DNA from: Chrysomallon squamiferum
Lineage: Eukaryota; Animalia; Mollusca
Assembly (NCBI GenBank): GCA_012295275.1
Contig: CM022676.1
Location: forward strand, 2,914,001 to 2,978,000
DNA: 64,000 nucleotides
Direction: 5' to 3'
The notes under the pieces were generated by a model, which saw only the letters and a program-made list of their open reading frames with translations, did no database searches and had not been told where the DNA came from. The translations under genes were made by a program, and so were the position numbers. Of the stretch, positions 26,046 to 41,099 are shown piece by piece; position 1 is the stretch's first letter, and every line of letters starts with the position of its first letter.

Positions 26046-27860
26046 GTTTAATCTGTTTTATTTACTCCCTCTAATTGTTTTTTAGGTTCTTTCATTTTCA
26101 TTTGGCTTATTTTTTTAAATCTATATTTTCTTTCTCAGATATTTTTACGTTTCGTTTATTTATTTCCTTATGTATTATTTATTCATTCAGTGATTCATTT
26201 ACTTTTTATTTATTTATTTATTTATTTACTTACTTACTTTCTTATTGTTGATGTAAAAATTACCTGATAAAGTGAATAATAATTTAAAACAGCCAGTAGA
26301 TACTCTTGTTTTACTACAGATATGTATTGTAAGTAATTAAATTCACATTATTATCGTTGAACAAATATCTCTTCTTTCGCAAGAAACAATAATAACAAAC
26401 AAACGAAAAATAGTTTAATTTACTTCTAGTATTAAACGTATTTTATCTATTTATTTATTTATTTATTTATTTAATATTTCTAACCCATTCAAGTAACAGG
26501 ATCAGGTCTCCTACACACAGTCGCTACACACATCCCATCCCAGATACTAACCGTGTCCTGGGTAGGAGGTATCACGCGACTGTGTTAATATTTCTCACTG
26601 ATTAAAATGAATTAGAACAGCAAACAGTCTAGTTTATTAACAACGTAACAAATTAATTCTCATGACATGAACAGATATAATGCTAGAGATGAAATCACTT
26701 CCCAGTCAATCACGTCATCAAAACTGTTTTCATGAAATACTAGTTAAATTATCATTTAAATTAAGAATTTTCATCCCCGAATCTGTCCCTCTGTAACACC
26801 AGTTTCATACGACAATGAACTGTGTTTGGATTTTTTGTAGTAACCAAATAAATAGGTCTTATCATAGATTGTCCTTGTTTACTTTTTAAATACGTCTATG
26901 TGTATGTGTATGGTATGTATGTCAAATGTGTATGTGAGAGTGACTTTTTGAGCGTGTGCTAGTGAGTAAATGAGTTTTCCGTTTAGTGTGAGTATATGAA
27001 AGAGTACGAGAGACTTTATGTGCCAGTGTGAGTATTTGAATGCATGCCTGTATGTGTGAGAGAATATACTAGAATATGCATAAAAGTGTATGTGTATAAT
27101 GTGAGTATATTTACGAATATGAGAGAATTTTCGTGTCATAATATACGAGTATTACCCATATTACGTATTTAATGCGAGTATGTGAGAATTTATGTTGACG
27201 ATTTTGGGGTGGGGTGTATAACATGAGTAGATTTGAGTGTATATGAAAGTGTAAATTAAAATTTATGAGTATGTGCATGTTACGGTCAGAGTGTGTTAGA
27301 ATGTGTATGCAAGTGAGAGAATGTATAGCACTTTGTACACGACTAGGCGAACCTGAGTATACATTTCTGTAAAAGAGAGTTTGTGTCTCTCCTGTTCGTT
27401 TGTGTGTATTCCAGTGTGCACATGCAGGTTAGACAAAGGACAGAATTTTCAAACGTTGCAGTAAAATAAAATAAAAAGAAATAAAAGAAATAAAAAGCAG
27501 TGAAATATATACATTATTTTTATAACTGTTACTTGAAAATATTCCTGCAACTATAAACTATTTAGGAGTTATCTTCCTTTGATTGATCTTCTTTTCGATG
27601 TCACAGAAACTGAGCTATAAAAAAAGAAAGAAAGAAACATTGATACTATTTTCCTTGTTACCGCAGTTGTTCTGTAGCTAAATAACGAATGTGATGAACT
27701 TTTATATACAATTCTCGCACTGTGAGTCGTTTTAGTTCTGTTAATTAGAAAATCTTTAACGCTATAGAGACAGGATTCACAAACTCAGCTGTTCATACTG
27801 ATAGACGTATGTTTACATCTCGTGAAGTGTACCTACTTTCAATTTTTATTAGTGAGATCC

Positions 27861-28006
<146 letters not shown>

Positions 28007-28733
28007 TCTGTCTGTCTCTATTATCTATTGTTCTTCATACTGCTTCCTTCAAATACTATTCAGACTATTTTATTATTATGATCATTACAAATTGTGTTTA
28101 TATAATCCATTCTCTACGTAATCTACCTGTCTGTCTCTCCGTCTGTTTGTCTATTCAGGAAGTTCATTAAATATCTTTAAATATCCCTAAACTTTTATAA
28201 TAAAATGAAAACCAAATTACTCATTTTTACATTTTGAAAACAAATAAAAATACGTTATTTTATTAAGCTAAAATGTACAAGTATTATTACTACTTACATT
28301 TAAAACTTACGAATGTAAATACATCTTTATTGCAAAATACTATAATTCACGTTGAGTAAGAAAGAAAACGAAACATTAAAAGAGTAACGATAATAAAATA
28401 GAATAATAATAGAAATAAACTTAGATTATTATCCACTAATATTTTTTAACTGTATCTAAAAATAAAATCATTTGAAACGTGTATTTTCAAAATACATTAT
28501 GATTACATTCGCTAACACACTAAAACACAAATATAATTCTATACAAATATTTACTGAATCCTAAACTTTAAAAAGCAACAAATATCATTATATTATTGTC
28601 TATAAATAGTTTAACATAGCATAGTGTAGAATAGTATAGTATTGTGCAGTATAGTATAGCATAGTATAATATACTATAGTACAGAATAGATTAATATAGT
28701 TTAGTATAGTATAGCATAGTATAGGATAGTATA

Positions 28734-28786
<53 letters not shown>

Positions 28787-29190
28787 TATATACATATATA
28801 CACATAATTTTAGTATATGAAGGATGACGTAGGTCGACATTTAATGAATCCTAAACTTTAAAAAGCTACAAATATAATTATATTATTATCGAGAAATAGT
28901 TTTATTCGACGATAAATTATTATTTTTAAAATGAAAATGTTATTTATTTAGCATAAGACTGTAATTATTAAAAACAAATATCTCTATTCGCACTAAAAAT
29001 ACATTTTAAGAAACAGTCATTTGTAATTGTTCAAAATGTAAATGCAGTTTTATTTTTTCAAAATACAGTATAGTATATTAAATGATATGACATGACAGGA
29101 TAATATAATATTTTACATTAAATATATAAGTATTGATTATTACGTTTCAGAACTGCAAATATAATTAATTACCTTATCAGTTAAAACATG

Positions 29191-30760
29191 AAGTAAACCT
29201 CGTTTAAGTCGTCGGTTTTTAAGTTGTCACCTTAGCGAAAGTCCCGAATTTCTGTATCGTAATTTTCAATAAAATATCCCTGCCTGAGTCGTCACCTGAC
29301 ACTTGGTCCCAAGTAACACAAACCACAGTTAATTTCTAGCTCTAAGACGTCAATAGGAAATCTCTCAGCAACTGCTGTTATGTACAAACACACACACGAT
29401 TTCCAGGAAAAATTAATAAAATGTTTCGTCGAAACAGTCTCGCACAATTTACCTGCTCTCTCGAGCTACTGACACGTAGGTAGACAGGCGATGTGCGTTG
29501 GGATACTGATATGCACGTGACATTCCTCGTGTGCGGGTGTGTTAAATTAACAGCGCTCGTGACAGTGACAAGTTTAGTATACAAAATGGCGACTAGCGAA
29601 AAGATATGTCTAATAATTAATTCTTATAAGAAGAACTGTGAACCCAATCCTGGCGAGTGAAAGGGTCTGATGGCGGAGAGATTCAAGATGCCCCGCACAA
29701 CATTAAACGACATTTTAAAAAGTAAATCTAAAGTGATTCACGTCATCGAGCAGGGTGATTCAAGAAAAGAAATCAAGCACGTGACGTTTGAAGATGTCGA
29801 CTCCGCGCTAATTAAATGGTTTTGACAAATGACTGCTAGACTTGAAATTTGTATCAGTGGTGATGTGCTACTTCAACAAGCACAAGGCTTTGCTGAGCAA
29901 CTTGGTCACGAGTATGGTGAGAAATTCAGTGACAGAAAGCTGGGAATCGGAAAAGAGTTTAAAGCCGGTGAAACTGTAGGCGTTAATAGAGCAGTAGTTG
30001 AAGAATGGAAAACACAAGAACTGAAGGACATTCCCCAGAGATACGCAACACAGGACATACACATATAACATTCTCCAAAGATATGAACCACAGGACATAC
30101 ATATATAACATTCTCCAGAGATATGAAGCACAGGACATACATATATAACATTCCACAGAGATACGCAACACAGGACATACACATATAACATTCTCCAAAG
30201 ATATGAACCACAGGACATACATATATAACATTCTCCAGAGATATGAAGCACAGGACATACATATATAACATTCCCCAGAGATACGCAACACAGGACATAC
30301 ACATATAACATTCTCCAAAGATATGAACCACAGGACATACATATATAACATTCTCCAGAGATATGAAGCACAGGACATACATATATAACATTCTCCAGAG
30401 ATAAGAAGCACAGGACATACATATATAACATTCTCCAGAGATATGAAGCACAGGACATACATATATAACATTATCCAGAGATACGCACCACAGGACATAC
30501 ATATATAACATTCTCCAGAGATATGAAGCACAGGACATACATATATAACATTCTCCAGAGATACGCACCACAGGACATACATATATAATGCCGATCAAAA
30601 CGGATAATTCTGGCTGGTTCAGAGAACTTACTACGATAAGTAGTCATTATGTTGAGTTATATGTAAGTCATCACTATGACGACTAAGCATTACTCGTCCT
30701 ATTTCTAAGTCGTAAGAAAAATCTTGGTCCCAAAAGTGACAACTTACTCGAGGTTTACTG
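29191..30760 (+). mobile_element. Defective Tigger/pogo DNA transposon (paralog of 5208-6782)
   Basis: TIRs AAGTAAACCTCGTTTAAGTCGTC and GACAACTTACTCGAGGTTTACTG|TA. Transposase remnants FEDVDSALIKWF, ISGDVLLQQAQGFAEQLG and IYNADQNG*FW (degenerate N-x-DETG-x-F motif). Confidence 0.88.
30029..30588. repeat. 40-bp minisatellite inside Tigger, about 14 units, partly a 120-bp trimer
   Basis: The 60-nt lines starting at 30061, 30181 and 30301 are identical. Confidence 0.95.
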
Positions 30761-30894
30761 TATTATATATAATCTGGAGTAATGAAAATAATAATTATTA
30801 CATTTTTTAAAATTACAAATAAAAGAAAACAACAGCCCTCGTTAAAAATAAAAATAACCTGTTTCTCCCGAACCTGAGATAAAAGTAATAAATA

Positions 30895-30963
<69 letters not shown>

Positions 30964-31393
30964 AAGAAGAAGAAGAAGAAATTAATAAATAAATAAATAA
31001 ATAAATTAATTAATTAATTAATTAATTAATTAAATTAAATTAAATTAATAACTCTATTGAAATTTGTTGTTCTGTTATCTCAGAGTGATTTCCCTTGATT
31101 CTTCGAACTATCCCGGAATCCGACTTAAAACAGTTTTGTAAAACCATGATTAAAACACACTGAAATCATGTTACTATCATAAACATTTCCAAAGTAATTG
31201 CACAAACAGTCATATATTATGAGAGAATGAAATCAGTAATAATACTATTATTTAAAACAACAGTTGAAATTATCGCTACAAAGTTAATTTATAAAACGTT
31301 AATCAAGTTTTTTTTCAGTCAGCTGAAGTCATGTTCTTTGTTGTTCTGATTGATACAACAATAATACATTTATAAATATAATGTAAATCAAAT

Positions 31394-33205
31394 TCACACG
31401 AGGAATATTAACCGCGATATAAAGTTGCTTGCAGAAAGTCTTTCCTCACCTGACAAGGTACACTTCAGAAAGCCTTCACGTATCTCACCTTGTCTGTTCA
31501 ATGTAAAGCATCTAACCCTTCCTTGAGTTTTAACACTCAGTTTATACTGTGTGGCTTTCTTTATCTCTAAAGGACTTGGAAAATCAATAGCAACATTAAA
31601 CATCTCGACATTTTGCTCTACTGAAGATCCTGGCACAATCGCATCTGTCGAAACTTCACAAACACTGGCTTTGATTGAAAATTCTTTACTTTTTCTTTGA
31701 AAACTGAGAATACTAAAGCCTTTCAAATATGCTTTCATGTTTAAAGAAAATGTTATCGTATCAGAGCTCCATAAATTATTATCATCGGCTCCAAGGAAAA
31801 ACATATCTTCGAATCTTTCAATTTTGATTAACTTATTATTTGTACCAACTCTGCGGCTTTTGTTGAAACCTGAAAGATCTTTCTCTGGGTAGACATAGGA
31901 ACGCATAATTTTGAATCCTTCAGATTCAGACAAAAGATCTGTGGGCAGAATCTTGTCTTCAAAATATTCTCTCTCGACCAGAGGAAAGCGAATGAGGTAC
32001 AGCTCTTTTCTCAGCATTTCACGTTGGTTTTCTGCTGTTATTTCTTTTTCCTGTCGTCTACACTCAGCTTCACTCCATTTCATGCATGACTGAAAAACTG
32101 TCTCCTCAGTGGCGTTCAGATCATCAGATTCAATTATCTTTCCTAAACATTCACGACAGAGATCTGTGAGACTCTGTGAATTCAGTACAGCTTCGCCATT
32201 TTCCCAAATAAATCTGAGACACATTTTCATGAAATCATCTTGTTTATAGATGTGAGTTTCTTCCAATAGGACGCATGCGTTGTTTGTCTTGATTTCAGTT
32301 TCAAGGTAGTTAAGACATCTGCTTTCTAGAGTAGTTACGTCATACTTCCTGGCAAGGTACAATAATCGAATGACATTGTCGTCTTTAAGGTCGGTTTCAT
32401 CGGTATAAAGAAATCTGGAAAATATTTAGGTTTTTTTAGATAAATAAACTGACACACAAACACAAACACATAAATATACATACATACATATATAACTATA
32501 TACTTACATACTCATAACTCAACACACATACACATAGAAGAATGCATAAATACATGCCCAAAAATATATACATACAAATGTCATAGATGCAGAATAATTA
32601 TATATACATGCAAACATATTCATACGGACAACAGACATTTCTAGTGATAAATTACATTAAATACATACACACATGCACCCGTACGTACCTACATACATAC
32701 ACACATACATACATGGACACATACATAGACACTTATATGCATATAATAGATATTTCTGCATGCATTATCATAAGATAAAATAATAATAATAATCATAATA
32801 ATAATAATAATAATAATTTTATTATTATAATTATTATTATCAATATTAATAAACGAATAAATAAATAAATTTGTTAAAAAATCAAATAAACTGGATAATC
32901 TCTTACTCTAAAAACAAGTGAAAAATTTCTGCTTCAATGTCTGGGATTACAATATCATCCTGTTCTTTCAGATCTCCTGTCAACATGGCCTGAAATACAC
33001 GGCTGCGCAGACTGAGTATCAGCTTGTGAGCTTGGATACGTGTCCTGTCCTCTCCGACAATGAATGTGACGTCACAGAGAATATTTTCCTTGAGAGAATA
33101 TCGGAGACTTTCAAGGATAGTTCCTTCATGTTGCCAGTTATCAACAAAACCGGAAGTAGATTTTACTTCTGTTTCTTGATTCGTTGTTACTTCTGCTGCA
33201 GCCAT
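31394..33205 (-). CDS. BTB-BACK-PHR protein, copy 4; exons 33205-32907 and 32414-31394, 439 aa
   Basis: ATG (MAAAEVTT) at 33205, donor GA|GTAAG, acceptor TTCCAG|A; open frame ending ISRLIFLV. Confidence 0.92.
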
Positions 33206-33322
33206 TTTGTTATCACTGAATGAATAAAATGATAACAACAGAAAATAGTATTTATTTTAAAGTAAATAAACAAAAAACTGTGTACTTTTCTGAGAGTCTC
33301 TGTGTGTGCATGCGTGTGTATA

Positions 33323-33659
<337 letters not shown>

Positions 33660-34143
33660 TACGTGATAACGACATCAGCGAACGAGTCACAGACGCACAA
33701 AAAGCTGCTATTGTTAATCTGTAGCTCTTTCTTTTCTTTTCATTTATTGTCATAATGTGTGTGTGTATTTGTGTGTGTGTGTGCGCGCGTGCGCGCGTGT
33801 GTGTCTGTGTTTTCATATGTATTTATTTTTGCTGGAGTGTACTTTCAGTAACACTGTATTAATACAGAATATAAATGTAGCTTTATTTATTATCAATTTG
33901 TCACGGTTCAGTTGTGTTTTAAAATTTATTTATTTATTTATTATTTGAATAATCATTTTCTTCCTCATCATCATCTTCGTCTTCTTCTTCTTTTTCTTCT
34001 TCTTCTTCTTCTTCTTATTATTATTATTATTATCAATATTATTATCATTATCATGATCATTACCATCATCATTATCATCACTATACATTTTTTTGTATTA
34101 TTATCATTATTATTACCCTCATTAACATTATTATTATTATCGG

Positions 34144-34176
<33 letters not shown>

Positions 34177-34177
34177 G

Positions 34178-34228
<51 letters not shown>

Positions 34229-34239
34229 TCTATTATTAT

Positions 34240-36826
34240 AACGGCGCATCTTCTCGAAGGTACATTTTGATAAACATTTATGAGAAGAGCACGGTACTAC
34301 GTGAAAAAATTCATTATATACATTGAGTATTCTTTAGTATACAAACCTTCAACCAATAACCACTATTACCTGTATTTGTTTTAAAGAGACAATTACGTTA
34401 CGAAAAATCAGTAATAAGAAAAATATTTGTTTCTAACGAAAAGAAAAACTTACCTTCTAAAAACGTCACCTTCAGCAGTGTGTCCTGTATGTAAATTACT
34501 TCCTAGTAAACATCTGACTTTTTCAAGGAAAACAAAGCAATAAATACTACTTTCAATTTCAAATTAGCTCTTTAAGAAATAATGATAAGTACTAGTTATT
34601 ATCTTAATTTATTCCTATTTTCATTTTATGAAAACTAAATTAATTATTAACTTAGTTGAGCAGTTTTATTTTTTATAAGTTATCCATCCGAACTTTGACC
34701 TGTTTTTTATGATCTAGCCGTTTCAGGGAAGATAAAATTATTTTTCTTGCTAATGAAATTAAACATCTATATCCAGAATAATCTCAGATCTCCCATGTTA
34801 TAACTGATACTTTACTCAGATAATTTGGGTTTATTCTTTATTTAAATTGTTTTAATTTTTAACTTTTTAAATTTAAAAAAAAAAAAAAAAAATGAAATAA
34901 TACTTCCATTATTTTCAATTGTTTAATTTTAATTTTTAATTTTTTATTTATTATTTATTTTTTATTATTTATTTATTTATTTATTTTTTTATTTATTATT
35001 TTTTTATTTTTGGTGGGTGAGGGGTCTTTTGTTGGATTTTTTGCTTACTTTTACTTCATATTAGCATTATTTCTTAATACTTTTATCATTCTCTTTTTCA
35101 TTATTATTATTATTGTTATTATTATTATTATTATAGCGGCGACCTTTCTCGAAGGTAAAGTTAGATAATAATTGTTAACTAGGTCACTGTACTGCGTGAC
35201 AATCTCGATCTCAAACATCTTTACTCAAGTGGCGGGTAATGGGGTGTTTCCGAGTTGCTAATAATAGAAATAAAACCAGTAGATAAAACTGATATCTGTC
35301 TACATTTGAAGCTGTGAATGATATTTTAGCTGAACTAGATGTCAGCTTCACACTTTGTTTGCTGACGCAGAGGATATGGTGTAAAATTTATGATTTCAAA
35401 TTAGGAACATTTAGTTATTGTATCGCAAACATTCATTATCTAAAGACTGATCCTCCCTTGTATTCATTACATGTACATCCAATACACATTGCATACCTTT
35501 AACACATAACCAAGATTTCACTGTATTTGTTTTAAACTGACAGTTACGTTTTGAAATGTTTCTAAAGAAAAATCAGTAATAAGCAAACTCTTTCTTTATA
35601 ACAGAATGAAAAAGTTACGTTCTAGTAATGTCGTCTTCAGCAAAGTGTGCTGTCTGTAAATTAAGGAGGAGAATGTCGTCTCCGTCGGAGTGGATAATAA
35701 AATTAAATATTTATTTTCAGTGATTAAACTCAGATGTTCCAGGTTATTGTTATATCTTGTTTTCCAATTTCTCAGCGGCCAGTATTCGCGAAGGTAAAGT
35801 TTGATAACATTGTTAACTAAGTCACAGTAATACGTGGTAAAATCGTTTACAGATATTTCTGTTCTTTATGTATACATCCAAAACACACAGCAAACCTTCA
35901 ACAAATAACCACTATTTCACTCTATTTGTTTCAAATGGATAATCAAGTGTCAAAATATATCTACAGAAAAATCAGTAATAAGAAAAATCTTTGTTTCTAA
36001 CGAAAAGAAAAACTTACCTTGTAGAAATGTCACCTTCAGCAGTGTGTCCTGTATGTAAATTACTTCCTAGTAAACAGCTGACTTCTTCAAGGAAAAGAAA
36101 GCAATAAATACTACTTTCAATTTCAAATTAACTCTTTTAGAAATAAAGATAAGCAGTAGTTATCATCTTAATTTATTCCTAATTTTATTTTATAAAAACT
36201 AAATAAAGAAATCACTTTGTGATTGAGATAATTATTAAGATAATTAAGAATATTTACTTTTAAAAGTTATTCATTCGAACTTTGACCTGCTTGTTGTGAT
36301 CTAGGTGTTTCAGGGAAGACAACTCTTATATAAACATTGATCATTAAAGTATTTAAAAACATTCGACATTATTTTTCTTGCTATTGTTTTTAAATATTTA
36401 TGTCCAGAATAATTCTCACATCCGCCATGTTTTAACCGACACTTTATTTAGATGTGGGCTTATATACAGAACTTTCTCGAAGTTAAGTTTGATAATAATT
36501 GTTAACTAGGTCACTGTACTACATGACAATCTCGATCTCCTGCATTCTTTACTCTACGGATTATGGGGGTTTTCCCAGTTGCTAATAAAAGAAATACAAT
36601 AAATAAATAAAACTGATATCTGCATCTGTGTACGCTCTGAAGCTCTGAATGATATTTTAGCTGAACTGGATGTCAGCTTCACAGTTTTGTTTGCTGATGC
36701 AGTGGATTTGGTGTAAAATTTATAATTTCAAATTAGGAACATTTAGTTATTGTTTCGCATACCTTCATTACCTAAAGCCTAGTTCAGCCCTATATTCATT
36801 ACATATACATCCAATACCCATTGCAT
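34240..36826 (-). repeat. Upstream module block of copy 4
   Basis: Minus-strand donors at 34453 and 36017; CGAACTTTGACCTG at 34689 and 36276. Confidence 0.75.
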
Positions 36827-37026
36827 NNNNNNNNNNNNNNNNNNNNNNNNNNNNNNNNNNNNNNNNNNNNNNNNNNNNNNNNNNNNNNNNNNNNNNNNNN
36901 NNNNNNNNNNNNNNNNNNNNNNNNNNNNNNNNNNNNNNNNNNNNNNNNNNNNNNNNNNNNNNNNNNNNNNNNNNNNNNNNNNNNNNNNNNNNNNNNNNNN
37001 NNNNNNNNNNNNNNNNNNNNNNNNNN
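36827..37026. other. Assembly gap (200 N)
   Basis: Run of N of round length. Confidence 0.99.
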
Positions 37027-40000
37027 TTTTATAATATCAATGTTTTTCTAACTACATTACTGTTAAATTTTTAAAATAATATTATACTGTCAGTTAAAAC
37101 TATTTGTGCTTAATAATATAATTATATTTATTGTTTTTTTTAAAGTTGAGAATTCAGTGATTGTTTGTATAGTTGTTTTCTAGAGGGATAGATAATGTAA
37201 TCATTTTCAAAATGCAAAAACAAATCGATTTTATTTTGTATGCATAATAATCTAAATGTTTTATATTTTGATTTAATATTATTTCATTTTGTTTATTTGT
37301 TGAAAATTTTCATTTTGTTTCTTTTTCAATTTGAATTATAATATTTTTTTAAAATAATGTTTTACATTCCTTGCTTTTTGTTGTAGATTTCAGCAATCGT
37401 TTTATATTTGTCGTTTTAATAAAATATCTTTATATAATAATGACAGTGTATTGTATTATTAATATTATAGGATACTTATTATAGTAATTGTTGTAGTAAT
37501 TTTTTTTTTTTTTTGCTTTTATTTATTTATTTATAATAGCTGTACCACAATAACAGGAAATAATGAAATTGACTTTTGTATTTTATTTTATATTATATTT
37601 TATTTTATTTATTCATTTGTTTGTTTGTTTGTTTATTTTTAATTATAATATTATAAATATTTACAACCATGCATTAAAATATCGCATCAGTGTAATAAAA
37701 CAATAATAATAATAAAAAAACCATAATAAAAATGAACGAACGAATTTATCAATAAATGTATAATGAAAACAAAAAAACAAATACAAAATAATTGAGAAAG
37801 AAATTATAGAATTAAAAAAAATGAAGCCAAATGAAAAAAACAACAACTACAAAAAAAAAAAACCCAAAAACAAACAATAACAACTAAATCAAAAACAGAT
37901 AAGGAGAGTAAATAATACAGATTATACTACCACTTGACAGATGATAAAAATATTATTAATATGAAACAAGAGAGAAATTGAAAAGAAAAATAATAAAGAA
38001 ATAACAATAAAGAAAACAACAACTAAACAAACGTGGTGAAAGAAGAGAGAAATTGAATAAAAATAACAATAAAAACCAATAATAAAAAACAAAAAAACAA
38101 AGGAAAACAATAACAAAACAACCCTAATAGAAAGCGATTACTTTAATACGGTAAAATATGCACGAATATCATGAGTTAATTGTAATACGTATTAGATACG
38201 TACGAATGACGTATTGTGATTGAAATAGGTATCAAATGACGTATTTCAATTGCACTATATATTAAATGACATCATTTAATTGTTATGTTTATAAAATGAC
38301 GTTAATTATTATTATAAATACATATTAAATGACGGAATATATCTATTCTAGGTTTTAAATAACATTTTAAAAATCTGTGGAGGAAAAATAAACCTTAGCA
38401 TCAGTTTTAATTCCTGAGATTAACATTAATCTATACAATTAAATTTTAACTAAATTAAATTAATAAGTAAACTCAATTAATATTTATTTTTCAACACTAA
38501 TATTAGTTAATATTAACTGTATTTACATATGTACTGTGACTTTTGCATAAGGACAATATTTGACAAATGAAAAAACACTAGCTTTCAAGTATGGGTTAAT
38601 CTTACAGATTAGCAAAAAGTGGTCTTTTAGCTAAACCTCCCAGTTGGCTGGAAAGCACAATGCAAGTAAAGTATTTGTAGAGGCCGGGCTGTGTAAGGGA
38701 GATCTCACGTGTTGTTTTGAATGTGTGTACGTCTGTTTGAGAAAACGTGCAATGTTTCGAAAATAGAATGATGGAGAATGAGAATAGAAACATAATAATA
38801 CATCTCTCTCTCTTTTATATCTATATCTGTATCTACACACATACACACATACACACACACACGTACATAAATGCACACACATAAATAAATGCTTATATAT
38901 AATTACATTAATACGAACTGCACATAAAGAAACAAACAATTAAATATACATGAAAATGCTATTTCAGAAAAGTCATATTAAACAAATTCATTGAAACAAA
39001 ATATAAAAAGCCCTCCTGCCCCATCAATACAACCCTATATATATATTACATACACACTCACGCCACCAACACACGCACATGTATGTATATACGTATAACA
39101 ATAATACTTGTAATAATCATCCATTCATTTATTTAACTGTTTAATTGTCTGTTATTATACAGATTATATTAAAATTATTCTGTTTAAATTTATTTCATTA
39201 TCACGGTTTAACTTCTGAAAAACAGAAAATGAAAATATGAGTTACTACAAATAAAATCAACTCTGAAAACAAAAAATAAAATAGAAATGTAGAGACAGAC
39301 AGAAAGACAGGCAGACAGACAGAGTGACAGGCAGATGGACACGAAGAAAATCAGACAGATAGTCATACAGAGAGAGACAGACAAATAGATGGAAAAACAG
39401 ACACATATACCTACATACATTTAGAGATAGATATATATATATATATATATAGATAGATAGATAGATAGATAGATACATAGACAGACAGAGAGACAAACAA
39501 ACATACATAGACAAGACACAAACACAATCACATCCACATACACCACACATACACTCAAGCACAACCGAATTACTATGTGCATATATGTGTAGGTATTTTA
39601 GCATCTGAATGTCTCTGTCTTATGTACATCTTAAAAATGTTCATGGATCTGATGAACTATTTAGGAGTTATGTTCCTTTGACTGATCTTCCTTTTTGATT
39701 TTACACAAACTGCTATAAAAAAAGAAACAAAGAAACATTGATAATGTTTGTTTTTGTTACCGCAGTTGTTTTGTATCTAAATAACGAACGTGATGAACTT
39801 TTATATAAAGTTATCGCACTCTGTGTCGTTTTAGTTCGGTTAATGAGAAAATCTTTAACGCATTATCACGTCCTATCATACACTCTATCACGTACACACT
39901 GAGAAAGTCACATTATCACACATACATTCTCACAATTGTAAATATTCGAATTAAGGGTGAAACGTATTTAAAAAGTAAACAAGGACAATCTATGATAAGA

Positions 40001-40790
40001 CCTGTTTATTTGGTTACTACAAAAAATGCAAACACAGTTCATTGTCGTTTGAGACTTGTGTTACAAAGGGACAGATTCCGGGATTAAAGTTCTTCATTTA
40101 AATCATAATTAAACTAGTATTTCATGAAAATAGTTTTGATGACGTGTTTAACTGGAAAGTGACTTTACCTCTAGCATTATATCTGTTCATGTCATGAGAA
40201 TTAATTTGTTACGTTGTTAATAAACTAGACTGTTTGCTGTTCTAATTCATTTTAATCAGTGAGAAATATTAACGTGATAGCTACCCAGGACACAGTTAGT
40301 GTCTGGGGTGGGGTGTGTGTAGCGACTGCACACTACCTGTAGGAGCTGAGTAGGAGATCTGATAATGTTACCTGAAAGGGTTAGAAATATTAAATAAATA
40401 AATAAACAAATAAATAGATAAACAAATAAATAAATAGATAAAATACGTTTAATACAAAAATAAAATAAAATATTTTTCGTTTGTTTGTTGCGAAAGAAAA
40501 GATATTTGTTCAACAATAATAATGTGAATTTCATTACTTATAATACATATCTGTAGGAAAACCACAGTATCTACTGGCTGTTTTAGCAAGGTCTTATCAA
40601 CAATAAGCAAGTAAGTAAGTAAATAAATAAATGAATCAATAATAAATGAATCAGAGAATGAATAAATATATATAAGGAAATAAACGAAACGTAAATATAA
40701 CTGAGAAAGAAAATATAGAATTAAAAAATATTAACCAAATGAAAATTAAATGACCTCAAAAACAATTAAGAAGAGTAAATAAATAAATTA

Positions 40791-41012
40791 AACTACTACT
40801 GCTACTACCACAACTAAAACTGTTAATACTACTACTACTACTACTACTAATACTAAATCTGCTGCTACTACTATTACTAATACTAAAACTACTGCTACTA
40901 CTAACACTACTGCTACTACTATTACTAATACTAAAACTACTACTACTACTAAAACTACTACTACTACTGTTACTAATACTAAATCTGCTGCTACTAATAC
41001 TAGTAATAATAA
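40791..41012. repeat. Short version of the same AGT/ACT satellite at the paralogous site
   Basis: Reverse complement of the same units with the same flanks as 24270-26045. Confidence 0.9.
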
Positions 41013-41099
41013 AACGACGGAGCAAAATAACAAAATAATGGGGGGGGTAAAGAAAATAGAGAGAGAGAAATAAAAAAACTAAATAAAGATTCACTTCGA

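Noticed and set aside
24135-26051. Ser-rich and Val-rich ORFs of 260-371 aa
   Set aside because: Stop-free frames of an AGT satellite that is short or absent at paralogous sites.
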